Shown: one piece after another, positions 29,086-39,682 of the stretch
How positions within the stretch are numbered: position 1 is the stretch's first letter
Layout of the letters: every line of letters begins with the position of its first letter
Program-made: the position numbers and the translations under genes
Assembly (NCBI GenBank): GCA_963693365.1
Contig: CAVNZM010000008.1
Span: 5,542,310 to 5,606,309, forward strand
Reading direction: 5' to 3'
Origin: Amoebidium appalachense
Lineage: Eukaryota > Protista > Ichthyosporea
DNA: 64,000 bases
The notes under the pieces: generated by a model
Told to the model about the DNA's origin: nothing
The model's input: only the letters and a program-made list of their open reading frames with translations
The model's database searches: none

Positions 29086-30021
29086 CCTGATAGAAAAGCG
29101 GAAGTCTCTCCTTATTGTGTGCGCGTGAGAGGATGGTAAAATCTCGGTATGAAGCCTATTTATAAGTTTGCATTTGATCGAGCACACATTCTTGTGTGTG
29201 CGCACCTACAAATTGTCCACCTTTGTGCTCTAGCTTAGGGGTTATGTGTATGCTTGCACGTGCATGTGTATGCTTGCACGTGCACCTGTCTGGTATGCAT
29301 GTGTGCACGCTGGTGTAGCATATGTGGATTTTATGGGCTCAGCCTCACAGAACTGTATGGTGGTTTTAATGCAAAATGAAAGTGCTCATGCATGTAATGC
29401 CCCATACAAGAGCTCTGTTTTGATTGTTTCTTTTGGTCAGAGTTCATGTACCTGCTACGTGCGGTTTATGCTCACGTATGTGTGTGTGTGCCTGCATGTG
29501 TGTGTGTGTGTGTGAGCGTGTTTGCGCACGTGCATGCGTGTGCGTGCGCACGTGTGTGTGCCTGTGTTGGCATGTGTGTGTTGTGTCTGTTCACTTACGT
29601 CATCGTTGCACGTATCCGCACACATCATCTTTCTGTACAGCCACTTGCACTTATTCTTCACGCAAGACTCCCACCCTGAAATGGCCTTGCATTCCTTCGT
29701 ACCATCTGACATTTTCGACCGGAACTCCGATGTCAGGCCCTCCGTTTCACCCCCAGCATCCACTCCCTCATCTTGTGCATCTTCACCAAACGACCGACTT
29801 TCCGGTGGGAAATCTCCCTCGTTATCAACAACTTGTACATCAGACGCATCCGTGGGCGTAACGTCTACTGCACCGAAACTGCTCATGTCGTCGTTTTGTC
29901 CGTCGCCAGAAGAGAAATCCAAAAACTGGGCAGAGTCTTCTGCTGCTTGCACAGCATGAGAAGTCGCCACATGCATAATTAGGGCGGTGCCCATGGCAAG
30001 ATGTGAGAGTTTTAACCTCAT
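22113..30021 (-). CDS. Secreted PSI-like Cys-repeat protein with Pro/Thr/Gln-rich mucin-like linkers (7 exons, ~677 aa)
   Basis: Exons 30021-29599, 28535-28389, 27260-27090, 26040-25378, 24489-24069, 22735-22587 and 22172-22113 are all GT-AG and frame-consistent. N-terminal signal-like segment. Five modules of type C.....C..C....C.W.....C...C|...C......C. Confidence 0.85.
22807..23406 (-). mobile_element. Interspersed repeat family B (RNA-sense 3' end ...GCATTCAAA-(C)n), bounded by poly-G on both sides
   Basis: About 325 bp (22807-23134) is near-identical in inverse orientation to 47566-47889. It sits in an intron between G-tracts 22787-22806 and 23407-23475. Confidence 0.85.
24870..25004 (-). 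repeat. Interspersed repeat family A (TTGAATGCGGAACACGGTACGAAGTAC...), also at ~730-800, 917-960 and inverted at 53038-53120
   Basis: Four visibly homologous copies, most abutting G/C runs. Shares the terminal TTTGAATGCG..GTACGAAGTAC with family B. Confidence 0.8.
26256..26450 (-). repeat. Interspersed repeat family C, also inverted at ~50475-50632, ~50940-51200 and ~51310-51375
   Basis: Shared ATGCTTTTGTGGAGGCATAGGAA-CCCC-CTGATGATGGGCTCTG core. The 50940 copy also matches family B (AACCCTGCTCGTCT..AAGACGGGT). Confidence 0.75.
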
Positions 30022-30668
30022 TTTTCTGTCTGTTGCGCCCGTCTAACCCTTTTTCTGTTTGATTTTTGCTCGCGATTTTCTGTTGTGAAGCTTTGGGCGG
30101 CAGCTAGAGGGTCTTCATGCCACTACTTTGCCGTATGGGGTAGGTGAATGAAGAAAGGGTGAGCTTATGAGCTACTAAGCACTCTGAACAGTCACCGAAG
30201 GTTATGGGAGGCTAAAATGCGACTATTAATATCAGCATATGCTTCACCATGACACCTTCAACGATTCCTTCCCGAGGCAGGCAGACAGACAGACAGACAG
30301 ACAGACAGACTGATGAACAGTGTGAATTTGCCGACAGTTTGCCATGGGGCGGACGTTTTGCAACGAGCAGACGAGTGCCAACAATACGATCTCCCTATAC
30401 TTCTCTGAACGTGACTGCGAAAGCCTTCAAAGCATTACCTACATATTTTGGCCACCCGGAGAATCGCCGCATGTTTTTGTCCGATGTAGGTACTAAGAAT
30501 TTCCTTTTTACTTCCATATACCTGTCCGATATACGTACATATGTGTTTGTAGATCGATATCTCGTATGGCATCGATTGGGACGGCGCTGTCAGCTGCAGC
30601 CTGTGTTGAAATCTTTTATGCAACTAGAACGATAGCACAAAGGATAGAAATGAGCTGGAAATCAATGT

Positions 30669-30865
30669 GGGGTTTACGCTGTTTACTCGAGGCAAAGAGA
30701 ACCAGTCTCAGGTATGGGGGGGGGGGGGGTTTGCTCGGAATATCCCCTCAGCGGTATATCATGATCACGTACATAGATGTCGGGTGGTGACTATATATCA
30801 GGGTTTACTTTCTCTACGAGACACCATAAAGACTACAAGGAGAAATCAATTAGTTGGGGTTCCCC

Positions 30866-30914
<49 letters not shown>

Positions 30915-30946
30915 GGGCTCCCCTCGGGACACTCGGTATCAGCTGG

Positions 30947-31003
<57 letters not shown>

Positions 31004-32908
31004 TGTGTGTGTGTGCGCGTGCGCTATAATTTTGTAGTGATGTGTTTCTCAAGCCAATCAATACATCTAATAAACAGGTCGTAGTTACGCGTGTTTAGTA
31101 TAAAATCAAGGATGTTGTAATTTACAGGTAGGCTATCTTTCTGGGTGTCTGTTGTGAATGTGACGTGTGTGTGTTGCGGTATTATGTGGTCTATCAAACT
31201 ACATTTGGCGATACATGACCGGTTAAACTGGTGTGTGTGTGTGTTGTTTGGGCATGCAAATGATGCCACCTTATACTTATTAGATCTCCACTGTATAGCA
31301 CGTGTACAGTAAAAGCGTGGTAATTGATCAATAATACCATCAGCTAGAGAAAGACCAGTTCTACAGGAAGGTAATATGTATTTAGGTGTTATACACTTGC
31401 GAGTGCCATATTTGGCAATATGGTTGAGGCGGTCAGTATATATAAAACGAGACATAAGGCTTAGTTTTTCAAGGTGTATGCTTTCATCGGGTCTAGTGTC
31501 GTGTGGTATCTTTTTCCATTTGTTATATTGCGTGATTATCTTGTGATTGTGTACATGTTTAATAAGTAAGTGGCAGTCCAAAGTCACACACACACTATTG
31601 CGGGGTTTATTTGTATTTGTGCCCAGGGGAGAAGGGGAGAGAGAGGGGAGGAAAGAGGGGAGAGGTGAGGAGGGGACAGGTCGGATAGAGAAGAGAGGGT
31701 GGGAGGGCAAATACTTCTTTAAGCGGCTTATGTGCTTATTGAATTTCAGCGCGAGATAGGATACTCTAGCAGCTATTGGGACCAGACCATATATCGAGAG
31801 CGTTACAGGCCCAGGTTTACAACAGTTGTTAGATAGAAAGGAGGCAACTTCTGCTTCAAGGAAATTTGCCAAGGGTTTAAGCGCTCTAGTTCTCTCTTTC
31901 TTGATCCAAGCGGCGAGAAGGGGTAAACCATATTCACATGCCGGGAAGACAAAAGTGCGAATAAATGTAAGTCTAATAGAAGGATGGAGGGGTGTGTCTT
32001 TAAAAATATTAGCCGAGAAGAAAGCTAACCGCTTACGAGCCAACTCTACCCTCTTTTCGACCATATGGGGAAACATAACACCAACAGAATCAACCGGAAC
32101 ACCAAGATATTTGTATTCTGGAACTATAGGTACAGGTTTAGATGATAATGTAAATGTGTGTAAATTGTTAGCTATATCAGGTACAAGAACACCACATTTG
32201 TCTATGTTAAGGATCATAAGGTTTGCCTTGCACCACTCTGACACTACATCGAACAATCTTTGCAGGCGTCTAGGGGTACGGGCAAGGAGGGACAGATCAT
32301 CAGCATAGAGAAGTGCAGGCGGAAAGTTATTAATAGGGTCATCGTTTTCGGCGTAAATCTTGACAGCCAAATCATCTATAAATAGGTTAAACAAAAAGGG
32401 GCTAAGCAATGAACCCTGCAAGAGACCTCTAGTACGAGCAAAACCATATGAAAGATGCCCATTAACCACAGCTCTACCATAGGTTTGAGACAAGAGTGCT
32501 TCTAACAGAACACCAATGCAGTGTGGTACACCCCGTGCAGCAAGCTTTTCCCATAGGAGACCAGGGGAGACAGAATCGTAAGCAGTTTTCCAATCAATAA
32601 AGCCAACATATTGTGCACCAACTTGCATAGAATCGTGCAGTGCCATTATTTGAACATAACATGAATTGTTTTTACGAAAAGCGGATTGGCATGGGTGTAT
32701 GTGAAGAATAGATTGAAACCTAGGGTGATGTGCAAATAACCTAAGTAAGCAAGCTTCAAAGAATCTACGAACAACCTGGGTTAGTGTAATGGGGCGAAAG
32801 GATGATATCATGATCACGTACATAGATGTCGGGTGGTGACTATATATCAGGGTTTACTTTCTCTACGAGACACCATAAAGACTACAAGGAGAAATCAATT
32901 AGTTGGGG
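30669..32908 (-). mobile_element. Young 5'-truncated non-LTR-type RT element (copy 1) with a 104-bp 3'UTR duplication at its 5' end
   Basis: ORF 31024-32823 is identical in translation to the C-terminal ~594 aa of ORF 37356-39530. Direct repeat 30756-30859 = 32805-32908. Both outer junctions are GGGG (30669-30672 and 32905-32908). Confidence 0.93.
31024..32808 (-). CDS. Reverse transcriptase (truncated copy, RT core to C-terminus)
   Basis: Same translation as 37356-39530 from ISSFRPITL onward, including YADD. Confidence 0.92.
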   Translation of the reverse strand: MSSFRPITLTQVVRRFFEACLLRLFAHHPRFQSILHIHPCQSAFRKNNSCYVQIMALHDSMQVGAQYVGFIDWKTAYDSVSPGLLWEKLAARGVPHCIGVLLEALLSQTYGRAVVNGHLSYGFARTRGLLQGSLLSPFLFNLFIDDLAVKIYAENDDPINNFPPALLYADDLSLLARTPRRLQRLFDVVSEWCKANLMILNIDKCGVLVPDIANNLHTFTLSSKPVPIVPEYKYLGVPVDSVGVMFPHMVEKRVELARKRLAFFSANIFKDTPLHPSIRLTFIRTFVFPACEYGLPLLAAWIKKERTRALKPLANFLEAEVASFLSNNCCKPGPVTLSIYGLVPIAARVSYLALKFNKHISRLKKYLPSHPLFSIRPVPSSPLPSFLPSLSPSPLGTNTNKPRNSVCVTLDCHLLIKHVHNHKIITQYNKWKKIPHDTRPDESIHLEKLSLMSRFIYTDRLNHIAKYGTRKCITPKYILPSCRTGLSLADGIIDQLPRFYCTRAIQWRSNKYKVASFACPNNTHTHQFNRSCIAKCSLIDHIIPQHTHVTFTTDTQKDSLPVNYNILDFILNTRNYDLFIRCIDWLEKHITTKL

Positions 32909-34046
32909 CATTAGATCGCAGATCGCAATTCTATTAAATAAAAGATATTTAGGTTGTCAGGTTCCAAGGACCAATCGTCTCATCCCAGACATCTAGAAGA
33001 CCCCCCCCCCCCCTCTTCCAGATTCGCCCATCTGGAAGAGGGTCGAAATCGATCTAGATTTTATGCAAACTTTAAAACGTTAACAGATCAATCGGATTGC
33101 GGAAGTTTATACCTAAATTTAACAATCTAGATATTTAGTTATCTAGATCCACGCGAAGCGGCTCGATACCAGCTGCGATCAAAAGAGAACTTGAAAGGCG
33201 AAAACTTTGGCGCGGAAACGTTTCGATGTCTTAGACGCGTGATATTAGATGAACAAAAAGGTATAAAAGCTTTATAATCGGGTTTGTGTGATCAGTACAC
33301 CAATAATCATGCGACGTTTGAAGAAAAGTGATTTACGTATAACGCAATATTGGCGCAGGTGTGTTACAGCACGGTCACATGCGCTCGAGCATCAACACTG
33401 GGCAGTGCGCACCTATAATAGTGTGCCTGTGTTTCGGAGTGGGTGCGCGCGCGCGTGCGTGCGTGCGCGTCCGTGTGTTGGTTACCCCTTTTCTCCCTGC
33501 CTGCGCGCACTGGTGCAAGCATAGGCCAACCGCTGGTACGGGTGCACACAGGGCACAGGCTTTTCAACATGCTGCAAATTCTACTCCACCCCAACTTGAA
33601 TGGTCTCTCACGCGGTTTTCCTTTTACCTAAGCCACACACCAGCAGTTTTGGCCGAGTAGCGACATCATCCAAGCGCAGAGCTCTTAAGTAAAAGGTAGT
33701 CAAAACAATCTGCCACATATTCGCCCACCACAGCACTGTCTCTCCCCCCCCCCCCCCCCCTCCCCCCCGGTTCCCCTCCCCCTCTCTTCTCTCTCTCTCT
33801 CCCTCCCTCCCCCCTTCCCTCCCGCATCTCCTTCTTCCCCCCCCACCACCCCCCTCCCCCTCCGCATTTCCCCTTCTCCCCTCCCCTCCCCCCCCCCCTC
33901 CCCTCTCTTCCCCTCCCCTCCCCGCCACCCACCCACCCCCTTCCCCTCCCCTCCTACCTCTTCCCCATGACCATACCCTACCATACCCCGATTTCCGGCC
34001 TGATGCCCCGTGATGAAGCGCACTGAGTTCCGACCAGCAGGCACAC

Positions 34047-34174
34047 TGTTTCCATAAGCGTCCATGTGTAACGTGCGGTAGTCACAAGAGCACGTCTACG
34101 ATTACCCCCCCCCCCCCCCCCCCCCCTAAGTTTTAATTCTCCACAATGTACACACATGGACGCTTATGGAAACA
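34047..34174. repeat. Perfect 23-bp inverted repeat around a poly-C-containing spacer
   Basis: TGTTTCCATAAGCGTCCATGTGT (34047-34069) and ACACATGGACGCTTATGGAAACA (34152-34174). Confidence 0.8.
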
Positions 34175-34235
34175 ACATGACCCAGGCCACGACTATGAAA
34201 CTGGGATGCAGGTATACAATCATGCATGCACGCAC

Positions 34236-34278
<43 letters not shown>

Positions 34279-34333
34279 CACGCACTCACAGGCACACCCA
34301 CAGACACACACAAGCACACAGGCACGCACACAG

Positions 34334-34378
<45 letters not shown>

Positions 34379-34624
34379 GCAGTTGGCTTGGGGTGGAACA
34401 TACTGGGTTGGCCGAAGCTGGTGTCCTCCCATCAGTCTCTCGTCAGCCCAAAAAAAGAAAGAAAGAAAGAATATCCCTGCTCAAAGAAGAAAGATTCTGC
34501 CCTTCTGCAGGAAACTCTCCTTTTTGCTGAAGGATGACTTCAAACCGAAACGCTATCTGATCCCAAGATTCCAATGCGCACTCTACACTGTGTAACATGT
34601 TGTGTGTGGAGGAGTTTGTGCATT

Positions 34625-35015
34625 ATATCCAATGCGTATAGAGATAATGATTGCTAGGGAACTTTGGTGTGCTGTGCAGGCGCATCCCATTCTGACCCCC
34701 CCCCCCCCCGGCCCCCCTCTCCTTTTCTTCCTTCCCCTCGAATCCCCTCCGGATCCCCGGAAGTTGGGATTGGGTGTTTGAGAGGAGGAAAGTGAGAGAA
34801 GGCGGGGGGGGGGGGGGGGGGGGGGGGAGGGGGGGGGGGGGAGGGGAGAGGGGATGGAAGGGGTTAGGGGGAGACAGATAGCTGAGAATAGATTTTCTCC
34901 GTGCATGGAAAAAGAAGGGAAGCAAGCACCTTGGAAGAGTAAGGATATCCAATGCGTATAGAGATAATAATTGCTAGGGAACTTTGGTGTGCTGTGCAGG
35001 CGCATTACATTCTTG

Positions 35016-35059
<44 letters not shown>

Positions 35060-35283
35060 TCTCCCTTTCTTCCTTCCCTCGAATCCCCTCCGGATCCCCG
35101 AAAGTTGGCATTGGGTGCCGAGAGGAGGAAAATGGAGAGAGAAGCCGCGGGGGGAGGGGGGGGGGGGGGTAAGGGGAGGGGGGGGAGGGGGATGGAAGGG
35201 GTTAGGGGGAGACAGATAGCTGAGAATAGATTTTTCTCCGTGCATGGAAAAAGAAGGGAAGCAAGCACCTTGGAAGAGTAAGG
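34625..35283. repeat. Tandem duplication of a ~320-340-bp unit containing poly-C and poly-G tracts
   Basis: Units 34625-34944 and 34945-35283 both start ATATCCAATGCGTATAGAG and end TTGGAAGAGTAAGG. Confidence 0.9.
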
Positions 35284-35517
35284 GGCGCAGGCACGTTGGA
35301 GGCAAGGGGGGGACTCTGAGGGGGAGAGAATCCTTGAGGGGTCCGGGAGCGGGGAGGGGGGGGAGGAAAGATGTTTCTGCCTGCAAGTAGCTCAAGATTG
35401 CTCTGGAATGTGGTGAGGATTCCTGAGAAGGTTAAGGGGTTTTAGGGGCTCAGGGGGGGGAGGTGGGGGGGGGAGGGGGGGAAGGATATAAATGAGGGAG
35501 AGGGGGAGAGAGATGGA

Positions 35518-35578
<61 letters not shown>

Positions 35579-35650
35579 GTGTGGGAGAAAAGAAAGAGAT
35601 GCTATGGGGGGTGGGGGGGTGGGGAGAGAGAGGGGGGGGGGGGGGGGGGG

Positions 35651-35689
<39 letters not shown>

Positions 35690-35932
35690 AAAGAGAGAGA
35701 AATGGGTGAGAGTCTGAGAGGAAGAGAAAGAGAGTGTGTGTGGGTGTGCGTGTGTGCGCGTGAGCACACGTGTGCGCGAGTGCGTGCGTGCGTGCGTGCG
35801 TGCGTGGGTATGTGCCCTACGGTATGGGTGGTGGGGAGAAGGGCGGGCGGGCGGGCGGGCGGGAGCGAGGGGGCCGGGATGTTCACGTGTGTACACGTGT
35901 GACGATGTTGTTGTTGTTGTTGTTGTTTTGGT

Positions 35933-35981
<49 letters not shown>

Positions 35982-36675
35982 CTATCCATTCAATCGGACA
36001 TTTTTTGGAGGACTCACGTGAGAGTCAACATGAAAACCGGTTAGCAGAAATAATAGTGCAATAGTAACCGATCGAATAAAATTTTCGGTATGCTAATTAT
36101 GAAACCTTTTTTTTTTAAAAAAAAAACATCTCAGGTCATCTCGGACGGCTGTTGGAGAGACTGTCAGACTGTTGGAGTGGGGAAAACCCAAAAAGAAATC
36201 TTTTCTGTGCTTGCCTTGACACAGATTGGTGTGTAATAAGCTGTTTTGATTGGTTGTAAGAGCACCACTTGGGATTGCGCATGCGTGCAGTGCACTGCAT
36301 GATGTGGCATCAATAGAACGAGGGAAACGTTACTATTGTAGGAGTTATTTTTTTAGGTGGCACAAAAAATATATGAAAAAGATTTCACGCGGTATTTCTA
36401 CCTGAACACGCGCGAGGAAACAGTTGATGTTGATGAATGGTGCTTGAAAATGTTTGTGGCACTTTGCACTGCTCACTTTACCATGCTCGAGCCAATCAAT
36501 ATTTGCTATCGCACATTTCGCGATGATGTTGGTATTTCTTTTTATTCCGCTTAGCCCAATAGAATTTCCTTACAGCATTCCATTTGAAGTTATGTTCTAA
36601 GGAGATCATGCAGGTGCCTCCGAGTGTGACAATGTTTTTTTTATAATGACTTTATTGATGTGCTCGTAAAAATAA

Positions 36676-36724
<49 letters not shown>

Positions 36725-36725
<1 letters not shown>

Positions 36726-37246
36726 TTGTGCTGTTTATTATCGACATACAGGCTTGAGGTCGTGATAAGATGCCGGCACCAAGGCCAACAGGCACTTCAC
36801 CCAACGGGTTACATGATATTTCGGGATAACATGCTAATTTTTGAACCGAGATATGAGCATACTAAATTTGAAGCCGGGATTTCATGCTAATTTTTGCGAC
36901 ACCGAGATATGCTTATAAATCAGCCCCATACAAGCTAAAAGGCAACCGAGATATCACAGATATCTCAGGAAATAAGATATCATACAATAGCCTTACTCCC
37001 GGATACGGAGGAGACAACGTCTGAGATAATCATGCACCCTAGAAAACTCATTAAATTTGAACATATGGTGATTTAATAGATAGCCAATAGACGTAATATT
37101 AGGATTATCTAAATAAGCCAGTCTCATAACTTCCAACGGAATAATTTGAGATAAATAAATACAATTATCTAAATGTTTACGACAAAAGGGTTCTGCACAA
37201 AAGTGGGACAAACATTGATGGAAACAAAGGTGACAATGTAAACCCC
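36725..37246 (-). mobile_element. 3' fragment of a second diverged RT-family element, ending at a 47-nt G-tract
   Basis: ORF 36993-37256 reads HCHLCFHQCLSHFCAEPFCRKHLDNC...NITSIGYLLNHH..FNEFSRVHDYL and aligns with ORF 5028-5549 and the RT C-terminus. The RNA-sense end TAAACAGCACAAT-(C)n resembles the TAAACAGCGTAAA-CCCC end of the intact RT. Confidence 0.75.
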
Positions 37247-37321
37247 AGTGTGACAACGAGCTCTCACAACGGTTTTGCTGAGAGGCTCAAAAGGGAGTCA
37301 TAGAGCTCGGTGACGAACCCC

Positions 37322-39550
37322 AATATCCAAGCCATGTAGACTAAGAATATTAACTGTGGATGCTGGAGACCCCCTCATAGACTCTGATAAGTATTTCTCG
37401 GAACTGTTTAAAGATAGGACCCCCGCTCAGAAACCTATTGTGTGGCCTGTAGACCCATCTATCCCCATAGAATCGATCCTCCCCTTTTTCAGTCCCGATG
37501 CCATATGGTCTGTGATATCTAGTTATAGCTCTAGTAAGTCTTGTGGACCTGATGGACTCCCTGCTGGGTTTCTTAAAATCCTTGTTCCCTCCTACCCACA
37601 AAAGGAAAGTGATCGTGCTATTAAACCTGATCTTACTATCATGTTAAGCTCTCTCTTTTCTTGGTGTGTTAAATGTGGACATGTCCCGTCATCTTGGTTA
37701 GATACCTTAGTGATCCCCATAGTTAAGAAGGACTCTGAGGGCCCCATATCATCCTTTCGCCCCATTACACTAACCCAGGTTGTTCGTAGATTCTTTGAAG
37801 CTTGCTTACTTAGGTTATTTGCACATCACCCTAGGTTTCAATCTATTCTTCACATACACCCATGCCAATCCGCTTTTCGTAAAAACAATTCATGTTATGT
37901 TCAAATAATGGCACTGCACGATTCTATGCAAGTTGGTGCACAATATGTTGGCTTTATTGATTGGAAAACTGCTTACGATTCTGTCTCCCCTGGTCTCCTA
38001 TGGGAAAAGCTTGCTGCACGGGGTGTACCACACTGCATTGGTGTTCTGTTAGAAGCACTCTTGTCTCAAACCTATGGTAGAGCTGTGGTTAATGGGCATC
38101 TTTCATATGGTTTTGCTCGTACTAGAGGTCTCTTGCAGGGTTCATTGCTTAGCCCCTTTTTGTTTAACCTATTTATAGATGATTTGGCTGTCAAGATTTA
38201 CGCCGAAAACGATGACCCTATTAATAACTTTCCGCCTGCACTTCTCTATGCTGATGATCTGTCCCTCCTTGCCCGTACCCCTAGACGCCTGCAAAGATTG
38301 TTCGATGTAGTGTCAGAGTGGTGCAAGGCAAACCTTATGATCCTTAACATAGACAAATGTGGTGTTCTTGTACCTGATATAGCTAACAATTTACACACAT
38401 TTACATTATCATCTAAACCTGTACCTATAGTTCCAGAATACAAATATCTTGGTGTTCCGGTTGATTCTGTTGGTGTTATGTTTCCCCATATGGTCGAAAA
38501 GAGGGTAGAGTTGGCTCGTAAGCGGTTAGCTTTCTTCTCGGCTAATATTTTTAAAGACACACCCCTCCATCCTTCTATTAGACTTACATTTATTCGCACT
38601 TTTGTCTTCCCGGCATGTGAATATGGTTTACCCCTTCTCGCCGCTTGGATCAAGAAAGAGAGAACTAGAGCGCTTAAACCCTTGGCAAATTTCCTTGAAG
38701 CAGAAGTTGCCTCCTTTCTATCTAACAACTGTTGTAAACCTGGGCCTGTAACGCTCTCGATATATGGTCTGGTCCCAATAGCTGCTAGAGTATCCTATCT
38801 CGCGCTGAAATTCAATAAGCACATAAGCCGCTTAAAGAAGTATTTGCCCTCCCACCCTCTCTTCTCTATCCGACCTGTCCCCTCCTCACCTCTCCCCTCT
38901 TTCCTCCCCTCTCTCTCCCCTTCTCCCCTGGGCACAAATACAAATAAACCCCGCAATAGTGTGTGTGTGACTTTGGACTGCCACTTACTTATTAAACATG
39001 TACACAATCACAAGATAATCACGCAATATAACAAATGGAAAAAGATACCACACGACACTAGACCCGATGAAAGCATACACCTTGAAAAACTAAGCCTTAT
39101 GTCTCGTTTTATATATACTGACCGCCTCAACCATATTGCCAAATATGGCACTCGCAAGTGTATAACACCTAAATACATATTACCTTCCTGTAGAACTGGT
39201 CTTTCTCTAGCTGATGGTATTATTGATCAATTACCACGCTTTTACTGTACACGTGCTATACAGTGGAGATCTAATAAGTATAAGGTGGCATCATTTGCAT
39301 GCCCAAACAACACACACACACACCAGTTTAACCGGTCATGTATCGCCAAATGTAGTTTGATAGACCACATAATACCGCAACACACACACGTCACATTCAC
39401 AACAGACACCCAGAAAGATAGCCTACCTGTAAATTACAACATCCTTGATTTTATACTAAACACGCGTAACTACGACCTGTTTATTAGATGTATTGATTGG
39501 CTTGAGAAACACATCACTACAAAATTATAGCGCACGCGCACACACACACA

Positions 39551-39607
<57 letters not shown>

Positions 39608-39639
39608 CCAGCTGATACCGAGTGTCCCGAGGGGAGCCC

Positions 39640-39682
<43 letters not shown>

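Noticed and set aside
30756-32908. 104-bp direct repeat read as a true LTR or a giant TSD
   Set aside because: There are no TG..CA ends, PBS, gag or integrase, the RT is non-LTR type, and the same segment lies inside copy 2's 3'UTR with element sequence continuing beyond it.
38246-39007. Antisense ORFs within the RT (also 31547-32308)
   Set aside because: They are shadow frames of the RT coding sequence.
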